Below are positions 25,268-37,343 of a stretch of 64,000 nt of DNA, one piece after another; the first letter of the stretch is position 1; every line of letters begins with the position of its first letter. The stretch is from Callorhinchus milii (lineage: Eukaryota), in contig NW_024704743.1 of the NCBI RefSeq assembly GCF_018977255.1, positions 84,136,001 through 84,200,000 on the forward strand, written 5' to 3'. Below the pieces are notes generated by a model. That model saw nothing but the letters and a program-made list of their open reading frames with translations. It was not told the origin of the DNA and did not search any database. The translations under genes and the position numbers were made by a program.

Positions 25268-26139
25268 ATGAATAGATCTGAGTTGATCATTAATTAATAG
25301 TACAGACTCCTCCACTTCTTGTCAATGATTTCGCAGGGTGCAGAGAAGGGCATGAAGTGGAGTTAACCAAGCGGGTGCAACAGATATTGGGTACTGCCTG
25401 CGTACTATATATACTAGTGTTGAAAAAGATTACAAATAGAAGCAATCCTTAAACACAAAAGGCAAACATATTTTACAGAAGTAGTATTATCCATTTTAAT
25501 CTCAAAATTGAATAGATTGCTTGCTAAAATGGTCACTACAGTTGTCATTAATGATTTATGGCACTCTTTGGAACATTCCTATGCGATAAAAAATGAAGCT
25601 CTTTCTTCCATTCCTTCTTTAGTGTAAAATTTATGTCATCAAGCACAAAAGTTAAAATTATACTGTATATATAATTAGAAAATGTTTGTTTGTATCTAAT
25701 ACAATATCTAGGTACAGAAAATTTATTATTTGTATAGCATGGATGGGATTGCACTAAACTTAACTGTATATCGGATAATTAGATATTTTGCTTAATTGCA
25801 TGAAAGATAGCCAGTCGATTTCATTCTCACCTGCATAATTAGTTCACATAATTGCATTGGTTGAGGAGTTGATCACATGAGGTATATGTATGGCAGAAAG
25901 GCAGCGTGGAGAGTGATGGAAAGAGAACTAGAGCGGGAGGTACAAAGAGAGGCAGCATAGAGAACAGCAGCCAAGCCAGCATGGAGAGCAGCGAGAAGGT
26001 GACACTGCTGATGAACTTCAGGTAATTGCATACTCCTTATAATTACGTGGCATCTGCCTGGTGCCAACTCCATTCAATTATATGGAGTCCACTGCATATA
26101 ACACATGAACTGTGATTCCTAAGAAAGACAATCCCGTTT

Positions 26140-26365
26140 TCAAAATTCCATGGCTTTACATGGGATTGTAGCATTGCAGAAAAAGGCAGATGGGACCTCA
26201 GTCTAATATCTCACCCAAAGGGCAGCACTTCCAACAATGCAGCTCGCCCCTCCCCACCCCCCATAGAATATGCTTGAAGTATCAGCATAGACCGTGAACT
26301 CAAAGTCCCAACAAAGATCTTAAACACGCAACTTTTTGCTTCAGACGAGAGTGCGACCAACTGAA
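26140..26365 (-). mobile_element. Deu-SINE 5' part, degenerate
   Basis: Reverse of head CAGTTGGTCGCACTCTCGTCTGAG and of the GAGATATTAGACTGAGGTCCCATCTG block. Confidence 0.6.
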
Positions 26366-27677
26366 TGAGCTACTCTTGAGCGAGAAGGCACCTTTCCAGA
26401 ATCTCAGTAGTCTGTTTCTTTTTAATAATTTTTTAAAAAAATGATCAGTTTGGTGGTTAATACATGTAGAAACCTATCAGCATACTCAAAAGTATCCAAA
26501 ACAGACTGAGAGTTACATACATGCATGTAACCGACACATGGAAGTTTCCCTGTGTCTGGAATGGAATGTGCACTCTCTCCCCTTAGAAACACATCCCGCT
26601 TACTTAATTCAATGCAGTTTGGCAATTGCCAAGGCTTGGGGACCACACAGTGTGTTTTGGCAAGCAAGATACTGCTGGAATTTAACCAACTAAAGTCACA
26701 TAGCTTGCCATTAAGAGCATTGTCTGGCAAGCTTACCACTGCTTGTCCAGCTAAGACCACCTACTTATCAGAGCTTTGGCTTGCAGGGATATCAGGAGTT
26801 GAATGGGAAGAATCCTTGCCCCCAGTGATTAATCTGTCCCTCCATGGATTGCCAATGAGCCAGATTGGCTGGGCTGTCATCAGTTGTGCACTGGAGTACT
26901 GCAGATGACTCTGGCTCAGGAATCAGATGACTGCGACTGCTACAGAGGGTTGGCTCAATTCTGACATGCTGTTGCCAGACAGTTCACGTTGGAACAAACG
27001 CAGCTTGGTTCTGGACTTCACAAATGGGCCAAAGAAAATCTTTCCGCTGCATGCCCAGGAGATCAGAACTGTGAAGGAGAACCATTTGGACACACAACTT
27101 ATACTCCACAGGTTTAAACTGCATTGGGACTTTGCTGACCTTGTTTTGTTCAAGCTATCTCTATATGAAGTGGAAATGTTTGAAAGCACTATTTATCATG
27201 TTTATCTTAACCCGTTTACTGATAGCAATATTGTAAGTAAATTATTCACGGAAGTAAAGTATTCCTGCCCATATTGCTCAGTTGCATTTTAAATGCATAT
27301 ATTATTTTCACTCCAGCATTTGCAGCAAACCACCTGATGATTTCCAGTACAAGTGAGTGCAAAGTAAATAACAGCCAGCCTGGCTCATTGGCGGAACTTG
27401 GAAGGGCAGACCTGTCACTGGGGCAGGGATTCCTCCCACTCAGCGCCTGTTAACCCTGCACACCAAAGCTCTAATGGGTAGGGTGGTCCTAGGTAAACAA
27501 GCAGTGCGAAAACTTGCCAGACAGTGCTACCAATGGCAAGTTATGCAATTTTTGCCAAAATAGTGCTCATAATGGCAAATTATGTGGTTTTAGCTGGTTA
27601 ACAATGCCCCAACACACACTGTGGAGTCCACAAGCGTTGGGTCTTGATGACCTGTACATAACAGTTTCTGGAATTAG

Positions 27678-27917
27678 GTAAGCCTTCAGCCTCTTTGCCC
27701 TCACCTTTTGAAACACCCTTGCCTCCTTCAAAGCACGTCTCAAGACCCTCCTCTTCAACTAGACCTTCGGCCACTCTCCTACCCCTACCTGGCCTACACT
27801 CCACTCTTCCTGATTCCAAGCCGCTCCTCAGGTCCAAATCACTGACTGTCCAGCGATTTGCAAAGTCCTCCCAACGTGAAAGGCTCTGTACAAATGTCAT
27901 TTATTGCTATTGCTGTT
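27678..27917 (+). mobile_element. L2 3' end
   Basis: CTTCAAAGCACGTCTCAAGACCCTCCTCTTC (FKARLKTLLF) and tail AACGTGAAAGGCTCTGTACAAATG. Confidence 0.85.
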
Positions 27918-28199
27918 GCAAGCAGGGTGCATTCCTCTGGGGAACGACAGCCTGCACCATTCCAGACAAGTGAAATTTCCATGTGCATATGACATGTATA
28001 TGTGGAACTCCCAATTTGGTTTGGATATCCTTAAACATGGTGATGAGTTTCTACATTTGACATACACCCGGCTGACCAAAGTTTCCTTAATATTATCGGT
28101 CCCTCTAGTTTGCCGATTGAATATAAAATAAATTGGTGCAGGAGATGGTGCTGTTTATCAGTGTTTGACTTGGTTATGGATTGATTAACTTTCTGTTTG

Positions 28200-28790
28200 T
28201 CTCTATGCAACTTGTCCAGCCAAAGAGGGTCTTGAGTGGTGCCTTGAAGGAGGCAAGAGAGGGAGCAAGGCGAAAGGATTGGGGGATGGAGTTCAAAAGA
28301 TTGGGGGTACATGGGCTGAAAGCCCGGCAGCCGATGGTCGAGCAGGAGATCTGGAGCAGGCCGGAGCTGACTGAGCGGAGGGAGCGAAAGGATTGATAGG
28401 AGGTGAGCAGGTCAGAGAGGTAGGAGGGGGCAAGGCCGTGGAGGGTCTTGAAAGTGAGGATGAGGATTTTGAATTCTATCCTCTGAGGGATGGGGAGTCA
28501 GTGGAGCCAAGCAAGGGTGGGGCTGATGGGGTCATGCAGCTTGATAAAGGAGAGAACATGAGCTGCAGGGTTCTGGATGATCTACAGCTTGCGGAGGGAA
28601 GAGTTGCGGAGGCCGACAAGAAGGGAGTTTCCGTAGTCGGGCCTTGAGGTGACGAATGCATGTATGAGGGTTTCGGTGGCCTGAGGGATGAGGCAGTGGC
28701 AGAGTCAGGCAATGGTGCAGAGGTGGGGGAAGGCAGAGTGGGTCATGGCATGGACATGGGGGAGAAAGGACAGTTGAGGGTCGAACAAGC
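28200..28790 (-). mobile_element. L2 ORF2 C-terminal fragment
   Basis: Collinear with 6230-6770 and 7200-7310. Confidence 0.88.
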
Positions 28791-29276
28791 CAGAGAACTA
28801 CTGGTAAAATGATTGAAAAAGTGTGCCCCAAGTTTTTAAGGAAGCAAACCATTTACACAATTATTTGTGCTATTACCTGCATGTCTTTTTTTAGAAATCT
28901 GCAGAAACTTTTCCTTCCTGGACAAGCTGGGTTTGCACAATTGTAGTTCCTACAGAGCAGAATGAAAGACACTGCAATTGGTTTTCGTGATGCTAGATTG
29001 GAGAGGGAGAGAAAAAGAGTGATCACTATCCAGTAATACCCTCCCCCCCACCCACCCCATTTGAAAGTACTTGTCCTCCTGACGTGAAAGGTGCTATATG
29101 AATTTTTTTGTTGTAATTTTGTATTGTATATAGATAAAGTGTTCGGAGAGGAATGAGCTCGCTATGGTGATTCTTGACTCTTGAAAGTCACTGTCTAGGG
29201 CCATACATTAAAAATGGAAACATGACGGAGGCCTGATATACCCCATTATGGGTTATTGGCCTATTATCCACTGATC

Positions 29277-29658
29277 AACAACAACTTGCACTTATACAGT
29301 GCCCTTCCCGACGCAGGGTAGCATCTCAGAGCACTTAACAGTGGTGGAGCCTGACTCCAAGCTGGGGTGGGGGGATGGAGGTGGAGGTGACTATAAGCAT
29401 GGTCGAAAAGCAACGTTTTCAGGCGGTACTTGAAAAAGGGGACGGGGGGCAAGGCGGGGGGATTGAGAGAGAGTGTTCCACAGTTTCGAGGTGTAGTAGC
29501 TGAAAGTGTGACCTCCAATAGTGGAGTGGAGGGTGCGAGGGACAAGCAGAAGACCAGTGCCAGTTGAGCGGAGGTGCCGGGTGGTGGGTTGGAGAGTTGA
29601 AGAGGGTCGAGAAGTAGGGAAATGCCAGGGAGTGAATGGATTTGAACATGATCCTCAT
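29277..29658 (-). mobile_element. L2 3' end, older
   Basis: FKYRLKTLLFDHAY motif; tail GGGCACTGTATAAGTGCAAGTTGTTGTTG. Confidence 0.82.
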
Positions 29659-30127
29659 AAAATAGAGGTTATTTTGTTAAGTAAGAAAGTTCCTTTATGA
29701 AGAGGTAATGAAAAGTAGAGCGACCAGTGTAAAAGATGATAGACCCCATTACCTTCAAGGCTCAAACGGAGAAAGGGATAGTATTTGGGGAACAGTAGAA
29801 TAATTTGGGTTGAAAGATCATTAACGTGTATTATTATGAACGTGATATTAAAGACTTAGGCTTAGCTCTTGCCTGGGATTCAAGCCCCACATTGGGTATT
29901 TAAACTCACAATCTGTGTTTTACCCAATTTTCTGAGTCAATGATCTTCAGTGTTTGATATAAATCCCACTCTACAGTACGTATGTGTACAAAATATAGTC
30001 AACACACTTCGCAATACATCCTATGAGGCATTTCGAGACACCCTCCTGATGCAAGGATAATTATTATCTTTATTTAAAAAAATGCAGTTTCCCTACAGCA
30101 TCACTAACAAGGTTTGAAAGTGTGACT

Positions 30128-31008
30128 ACAATAACAACAATAACAACAAGATTATATTTGTATAGCGCCTTTCACCTTGTGAGGACGTCCCAAGGTGCTG
30201 GACAGTGTACAGCATTTCAGACCTGAGCTGGAGTCAGGGAGGGAGAAGGGAGAGGAGGGGAAGGGGGGTGACCGATGGCTTGGTCGAAGAGGGGGGTTTT
30301 GAGGCAGGACTTGAAGGAGGCTAAGGAGGGGGGGAGGCGGAGTGACTGGGGGATGGAATTCCAGAGGTTGGGGGCAGAGTGACTGAAAGCTCTCCTGCCA
30401 ATGTTGGGGCAGGTGGATGGGGGGAGGTGGAGCAGGCCGGACCTGGGAAGGCCGACAAGTAGGGCGTTTGCATATTTGAGCCTGGAGGTGATGAAGGCAT
30501 GAACAAGAGTTTCAGCCGCCTGAGGGGTGAGGTAGTGGCGGAGTTGGGTGATGTTACAGAGGTGAGGGAAGGCAGAGTGGGTCATGGCTTGGATGTGGGG
30601 AAGAAAAGACAGTTGAGGGTCGAACAAGACACCTAGGTTCCTGACTGGCTTGGTGAGTTGTAGTGTGCAACCATGGAGGTTGATGTTGCTGGAGCCTGAG
30701 GTGCAGAGGCGCTGGCGCGAGCCAATCAGGAGGGCCTCAGACTTGGTCACATTCAACTGTAGAAAGTTTACCCTCATCCAGGACTTGATGTCTGACAGTC
30801 AGTCTGTCAGGACAGCAGTGGTCCTGGAGTTGAGGGTGGAGGCAGAAAGATAGAGTTGGATGTCATCCGCATACATATGGAAGTTGACCCCATGTCTGTG
30901 GATGATGTCACCAAGGGGGAGTATGTAGATATTAAAGAGAAAAGGGTCAAGGACAGAGCCCTGGGGTACACCAGGCATGACAGTGCAGGGGCTGGAGGAG
31001 AAACCGTT
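30128..31008 (-). mobile_element. 5'-truncated L2 with RT core and an internal in-frame deletion
   Basis: [57 protein letters not shown]; one stop at 30799-30801; L2 tail at 30130-30200. Confidence 0.94.
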
Positions 31009-31993
31009 AGTTTCTTTTGCCATCTTTCCTCTAAACAGTAAAAATAAAGGCTGCAAATGTGCTTGTGGAACTTTCAGTAGTTTGTTTTGGAAACTTATAA
31101 GCATGATGATGGGCTTCTGCACGCTGGACACTTGTCTGAACAAGAAATAAAATCATGGATTGGTAGAATTCACTATTCTGTACTATTCTACACTATTTAA
31201 ATGTTTATTTTCTGATTCCTTCCCCCCCGCAGCTCTTGTTTACTTGACAATGCAAACCACTTAACATATACAGATGTTTGAATAGATGTGTGACATAACA
31301 GTGAACAGATGTGTTGTAAAGGCTTTCATTCTGCCCACTGTTCCCAGATCGTTGACAGATTTCTTTCATGTGTTTTGAAATGTTTTCCTGCACTTTCTTG
31401 CTTTCTCTTTGTACTTCTTCTGTATGTACGCATGAGACACTCAGGAAAGTGCTGAAATAATTTAAAACTTTTAAGTTACCTTATTTTGATCTGAGGGGCA
31501 CAATTACATGGAAATCACCAAAGAAACAAAGGAAACCCGATGGTTTGTGCGGGAAAAGTAATCCTTGTGATATCATATTTTTGATCAGTTTGGGACCTGA
31601 ATTGTGAGAGTCACAGCAGGTTATCAAAGGGGTCATAAAGGTCGAATCCCTCTCTTAACCATGTGCGCATCAACTCTGATCCGCTAGAACTCCATTCCCA
31701 CAATATCACAGGATTAAAAACACTGACTGCGATTCAGTGCTAGAACAACAGTGATTGACTATTTATGAGGGATATTACAGTGGCTGAGAGCACATTAAAA
31801 GGCGGAAGACATTATTTCATATTCGAGGCCACCAGCTCAACTGAAGAATCAATACTTGACTTCATACACTGAAAACTGTGGTCAATATTTCTTCATTATA
31901 CTCATAGCTGCATTTATTTTTTGAATGGGAAGTGTTATCACAAATTTCACAAAGGCTATAGCTCCTGATTTGTGGTGACAATTTCTGATCTGT

Positions 31994-32012
31994 TGGCCAC
32001 TGGGTGTCGCTA
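31994..32012 (+). promoter_or_regulatory. Weak CTCF-like motif
   Basis: TGGCCACTGGGTGTCGCTA versus consensus TGGCCACYAGRKGGCGCTA (2 core mismatches). Confidence 0.3.
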
Positions 32013-32399
32013 CTGAAGATTATCACTTACTGTGGTCAATGAAGAACTTTTTTCACTTTTCATCCATCGGTTTAATTTGCTGTTTTAGCTCTTGCTGTGA
32101 AGGGACATCCAATCTCATTGGGGTCAAGAGTCATCCCATAGATGACAGTAATCCTAACTGCTGTTAACAGGAGACTCACACAGGTGAGTGATATGAATGA
32201 GTAACAATACTTAACACCTCATAAGAGTACTTGTCACTGTGGTGCTTTAAAATACTAGTGTTGCAACCAACATTTGCACAGAAAGATTTGCAAATATTGA
32301 ATCCTTACGGAATGTGTTGTGATAAATCAATCCATGAGATTTCCACTCTTACATGATCTACAATTACATCTGGAGAAGGGACCTATGGTTTAATTGTGA

Positions 32400-32660
32400 T
32401 AATAATAATTCTTACATTAGGTATAGCGCCTTTCATATAAGGAGAATGCCCCAAAACTCTTCAAAGGATATACTGTAAAGTTCAATGACTATATTTTCTG
32501 GGAGAATGCAACAGCCAATTATGTGCACAACAATGTCCCATCAACAGCTATGACACAATTGATCAATTTTATTTGGGGGATTGTTGACCAGGACACCAGG
32601 AGAAACTCCCTTCTCTTTTGAATAGTACCATGGGATCTTTATTGTCCACCTGAGCAGGCA
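32400..32660 (-). mobile_element. Deu-SINE 3' half
   Basis: Reverse Deu domain (CCAGGACACCAGGAGAAACTCCCTTCTC) and (TAA)n tail. Confidence 0.8.
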
Positions 32661-32929
32661 CATCTAGTTCCAATAGATTCTAGTGTTCAAACTTAATAAG
32701 CTTGAGTGTGTAGCAGTTTCTAGTGAACTAAAGGATAAGGTTTTCCACCATTGACAGGCACTATTGCTATACTAATAGCAGTTTGGCATTGTCTGCCTTC
32801 TACTGGATGATTCTTGATCCCACAGGTACCCATTGAAGACAATGGAAGTTGTCAATGATCTTAATGACAAGCTCTGCAGTTCTAGTTGGTTACAGTTCAA
32901 CTGTACCCCAATGCACACAAGTTGGAGCC

Positions 32930-32994
32930 CCCTGGACGTCCTCCTAACGTGAAAGGCGCTTTATAAATGGAATCTTGTTGTTGTTGTTGTTGTT
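32930..32994 (+). mobile_element. L2 tail stub
   Basis: GGACGTCCTCCTAACGTGAAAGGCGCTTTATAAATGGAATC(TTG)n. Confidence 0.85.
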
Positions 32995-33499
32995 GGAAGC
33001 AAAATGAAGCCTAGAGTGTGACAATGAATTGGCAAAAAGTGCAGGGTATGAATTGATAAAGCAGATAACAGTTTACATCAGTGTGCCAAACAAACTATAA
33101 ACGAACAGGCACTTCATTCTGTTGTTCAGTAAGTGACAGAAAATTACCTTTGCAGAGTTTGTCAATGCTGGTTTTCCCTTCCCCAAACCCATTCGTTTCA
33201 CATGTTAGCACAGAATATTGCAATTATTTGCAGCTTTTGCAGGATAAATGTGTCTAAATTTACCACTCTTCATGTTGAGCTACGTGAACTCATCATAATG
33301 TATCCTGGATATCAACAGAGATATGTTTTGTATTATGCATCGCATCCAAAAATCTCAATAACCCTAAAGCCAAGCGGCTTTCTTTAATGCATGCAAACAA
33401 AATATATTGTTTAAGGAATTCAATGTTCATGATAAATGTATGCCAAACTGCATTACTAGTTTTAGATAAGCCTCTGAATGCATTTCCATCAAAACTAAT

Positions 33500-33900
33500 G
33501 GAGAAGAGTTTAAGGACAGAGCCCGCAGCAGTATATGCCCTTTAATTGTCATTTACATACCAGAAGAATCATTAATTTCTAATTCACCTATTATTCACAC
33601 AGCCTACCATGGCATGTCGATGCTGAAATGGGCAGTAATATAGATTCAGTTTTGAGCCAGCTTTTTCTTGCCTGATTCATTCTTTCGTGCTTTTTGACCC
33701 TTGTGCAACAGCATCAGCACAAACTGAGGCAGCTCAGTACTCCTGTTTAGGTATGATTTACGATGTCACATTAACCCTTCATTGACCTAGAAATAGTTTT
33801 TATTAAAACAGTTTGACACACCGAAAATCAAAAGTCCTTTTTTATTGAAAATGTTATTGTCCGCATCATAAGTTCCACAAATGTGACACGGTAGTTACAC
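33500..33900. promoter_or_regulatory. Candidate enhancer with adjacent PBX-HOX and MEIS sites
   Basis: ATGATTTACGA immediately followed by TGTCA at 33753-33768; several TAAT cores; repeat-free. Confidence 0.35.
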
Positions 33901-34479
33901 CATCCATTCCTTTCAACTATTGAACACATTATTGAAAAAAAACTAATAGGCAAAATGCTTTGTCATTTCTGTCTGAGTGCCCAGCAAATAGGCTGTGGGA
34001 ACCTATCCTTCTTGACCATGAAGAGAACAAGATGAGAGTTAACGTCAGCTCTTTAAGCATGAAGATGGGAGACATGGGGATGTAGAAATGTCCAAATATT
34101 GTGATTCAAATGAGGTATTTACCTATAGTTTGTTGCTTAAGGGATTAAGAATAAAAATGAAAAACGCCATTTTTTTACTCCAACAGTGATTTTGTTGACA
34201 TATTCGTATTTATTTCTAGACTTTTGTTGATCTTCGAGGGGTATATTCTAGGATTGACTGAATGGACAATTGCTGTCAAACAGCGCAATACACTTATCGC
34301 ACTGATATTTTGTAAAAAATAACATTATTTACATGTGATATCATCCAAATGCAAATGCATGGCTATTCTGGTTAGTTATTTTCTCCTGTGAGTGAGGCAT
34401 ACCTGAATAAACCATGAGAGTTGTTGCCATCAAAGGGTTGTTTGGAGGGTGGTTGGAGAGGGGAGGGAGGGGACAGCCA

Positions 34480-34770
34480 GAGTTGTGATCGTTGGTGAAT
34501 GTTGCAGCTAGTTTTGCGTACAGCAATGTTCCATAAACAGTTATGAAGTAAATGTACAAGTTTATCCAGAGGGTTGTTGACCAGGACACTCAGAGAAACT
34601 CCTTTTATTCTTTGAATAGTGCCATGGGATCTTCCAGGACAGGCATATGGGACCCCAGTTTAAAATTTCATCTGAAGGACAACACCTCTGACAAAAGCAG
34701 TGCTCTTCCAGCACTGCACTGGAGTGTCAGCTAGGTTATGAGTCTGATGTGGGCCTTGAACCCACAACTA
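34480..34770 (-). mobile_element. Deu-SINE, degenerate
   Basis: CCAGGACACTCAGAGAAACTCC..GAATAGTGCCATGGGATC..CAGCACTGCACTGGAGTGTCAGC..TTGAACCCACAAC. Confidence 0.8.
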
Positions 34771-34789
34771 ATTAGTGAGCCGACAACCC

Positions 34790-35370
34790 ACTATTCACAA
34801 AGAGAAGGAAGTTATTCCCTGTGTTTTGGCCAACAAACCCCCTCCTTCAGGATGAAATTGGTCATTCACTTCATGGCTATTTGTGGACATTAAAGTGCAC
34901 AAGTTGGCTGCTTTACAATGGAGTCCTGTAGCTCAGTGGTTAGAGCACTCGCCTTGCAAGTCAGAGATCTGGGTTAGATTCCCAGCAGGGAGAAACGTTG
35001 GACGTGTTTCCTTACTCCACTTGCCTCTGTTTACCTAGCAGAAATAGGAACCCAGTTGTTAGTCGATTGGTAGTTCGCTTTCTGGGGGTAATAATTCCTT
35101 AAAAAAATAAAAATTAATTGGTCACTCAATCCACAACTGTTTGTGGGATACTGCTGTGCGTAAGTGGCTGCCACATTTCACCCACAACATACACAGTCAA
35201 TTCACTTTAAAGTATATTCTGTGAAGTATTTTGAGACGTCTCGAAGACTTGATAAGGCGCTATATAAAATAAAAGGATTATTATTATTTGCCTAAAAATA
35301 CAGTCACAATTACTTGTGATGTGATTTGAGAAGTTAAAGGCACGATACCAACTGCAAAGATTTCTATCAT
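34790..35370 (+). mobile_element. Old Deu-SINE 3' half, split by a composite SINE
   Basis: Deu core up to TTGGCTGC (~34911) resumes as TTTGCCTAAAAATACAGTCAC after 35288. Confidence 0.7.
34920..35288 (+). mobile_element. Composite tRNA-SINE, long form
   Basis: GGAGTCCTGTAGCTCAGTGGTTAGAGCACTCGCCTTGCAAG..TTGCCTCTGTTTACCTAGCAGAAATAGGAACCC..Deu core..(TTA)n. Confidence 0.94.
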
Positions 35371-36769
35371 TATAGTATTGTTACATTTAGCATTTTGCTA
35401 TATGAGATACAACTGAGGCTTTCACTTGATACATTTAATAATGTAAATTATATCTGGTGCCTTGTACTTTTTGTGGTTCAGGATTTCATCCCAATAAATT
35501 TTCATGCAAAATTTGTTCCATTTTCATTGTAGCAGTTTTACTTGATGGTCCACTGTCGCGCAACCCATGTGCACAGAGGTCAGTGACTGGTTAATCCTGC
35601 ATTAATGAAATTGACCAGAAATTGACAAGCAGATTCTTTGAAAACTGATACTACAGCTTTAAGTATACAGTACAGTCGTATCATTTCCTTTGTATGCTCA
35701 ACGCACACTTAGCATAATTGTAGGTTTCAGTGACATTCTACATGTGACATAGACAACACAATAAAGGATGAAATGATTTGGAAAATATAGAGCTCTTTTA
35801 TCCACTGTCCAAAAGCCTGAAAAGTCTCAGAATATGTTTTTTTTTATCTTATTTATTTTAAAATGTATTTTCCGATCTTTAGTTGGCCCTACCATTCCCT
35901 TGTTTAACTGAAAGGTAGGTCATTTCAGGAAATGGCAGGTGGCCATTTCCGGGCCTCTCTCGATTTACTTCCCAATTTGAGAGATAAATACAAGCTATCA
36001 TTTTTCCTTTCTCCCTGCTGGGAATCACCAAAGGCTTCAATTCTGTACCTACTCATGATAAGAAAGCTCAGATCAGAAAGGAAGAGACGAGATCAGAAGC
36101 CTGTGTATGGACTCAAGGTCATTTTCATGTGGGTTTAATGGCGTTTTACTAATTTTCACATGTCCGTGGCTTGTGGAAACAATAGGTTTGATGGTGTAAA
36201 TGGTCCATTCTTTCTTATGTTTTTAACATATCTCACTCTCCAGAGTTACGTTCGGATGCACTGAAAATGTAGAACAAGCAGATACAGATTTAGGGTTGCA
36301 AAGGGCAAGTTCTTGGCAGGCACCAGGAAATATTTCTTTACCCAGAGGAATATTGCCTCTTTCAGATGAATTCAGATTAATTAGGCCAATATGAAAACTC
36401 AGAAGGACCATTTTTGGCACTCCCATAAAGCAGGAATTCAAGATAATCCAAGGATTTTTTTAAAGTTGGATTTGGGGATACCATTGTTTAGGAGTTATTT
36501 TGAAATACATTTTGTAACAATTTTCATTTAATAAGAAATGTCGGATCACTGCAATTTGATTTGCAACATTTGTTTAAAAAAGTAGGAAAGAAACAGAATA
36601 TTATGATTAACCAAACTGCTCCTTGCAAAAATGTTTAGAAAGCGCATAAAAATATCTTGTTTTTATTTGAAGACATTAACCACAACAAATATCCCAAGTT
36701 GAAAGTTGTAGTTTTCTCTTTTTCTCTGTCTCTCTCATTCAAAAGTTGTATTTTCATATATTGTCTTAT

Positions 36770-37170
36770 AATTCGGCAGCATTCATGAATTATCCTTGAA
36801 AGCCAGTGTTCTTCACCACAATAAAAATGTATTTATGGAAACCAACAGGAGCAGACCATAAGTCAACCTTGCTTTTATTTCTTATTATTATTGATCGAAG
36901 GGATAAATAGACATGAATTGGTATACTTTCCCTCCTTGGTTGTTAGCGGTACAAAGTAATAGACTGCAGTGCGTGTTTATTAAATTCAGTACCTCATACT
37001 GATTGGGATTGGGGGGCTGGGGGGGAGAGGGCCCCTGACCGGTGGTAATATTTCACAGACTCGCTGCTTTATTGGAAGATTCTGAGTATTTAAAATTTTA
37101 AAATATGTCATCCCACCCTAAATTACATATTGATCACCTTTAATTGCATGCTACCCATCAGTATTAGCTT
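36770..37170. promoter_or_regulatory. Candidate conserved non-coding element
   Basis: Repeat-free; multiple CDX/posterior-HOX type motifs (CAATAAAA, TTTATGG, TTTATTA, TTTATTG); G-run tract at 37005-37030. Confidence 0.3.
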
Positions 37171-37343
37171 TGAAAATTCATAGAGGAGAAACAATGTTCT
37201 CTTTGAGGGTGATTACTTCTGGGGTATCGCAAATAAATTCCATCATTTACCCTTGCCATGACCCATTACTGAGTTTAGTATTGTGGCTGGTCAAGCCCCC
37301 ATCTTTCCAGGTGTTATTTATGGCTATATACAGCAACTGTTTA

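Noticed and set aside
26900..26912. In-frame TGA read as selenocysteine
   Set aside because: No selenoprotein family resemblance and no SECIS that I can identify.
34920..34992. Functional tRNA gene (TGC anticodon-like loop)
   Set aside because: It is the head of a multi-copy SINE; no clean acceptor stem, and it continues into SINE body sequence.
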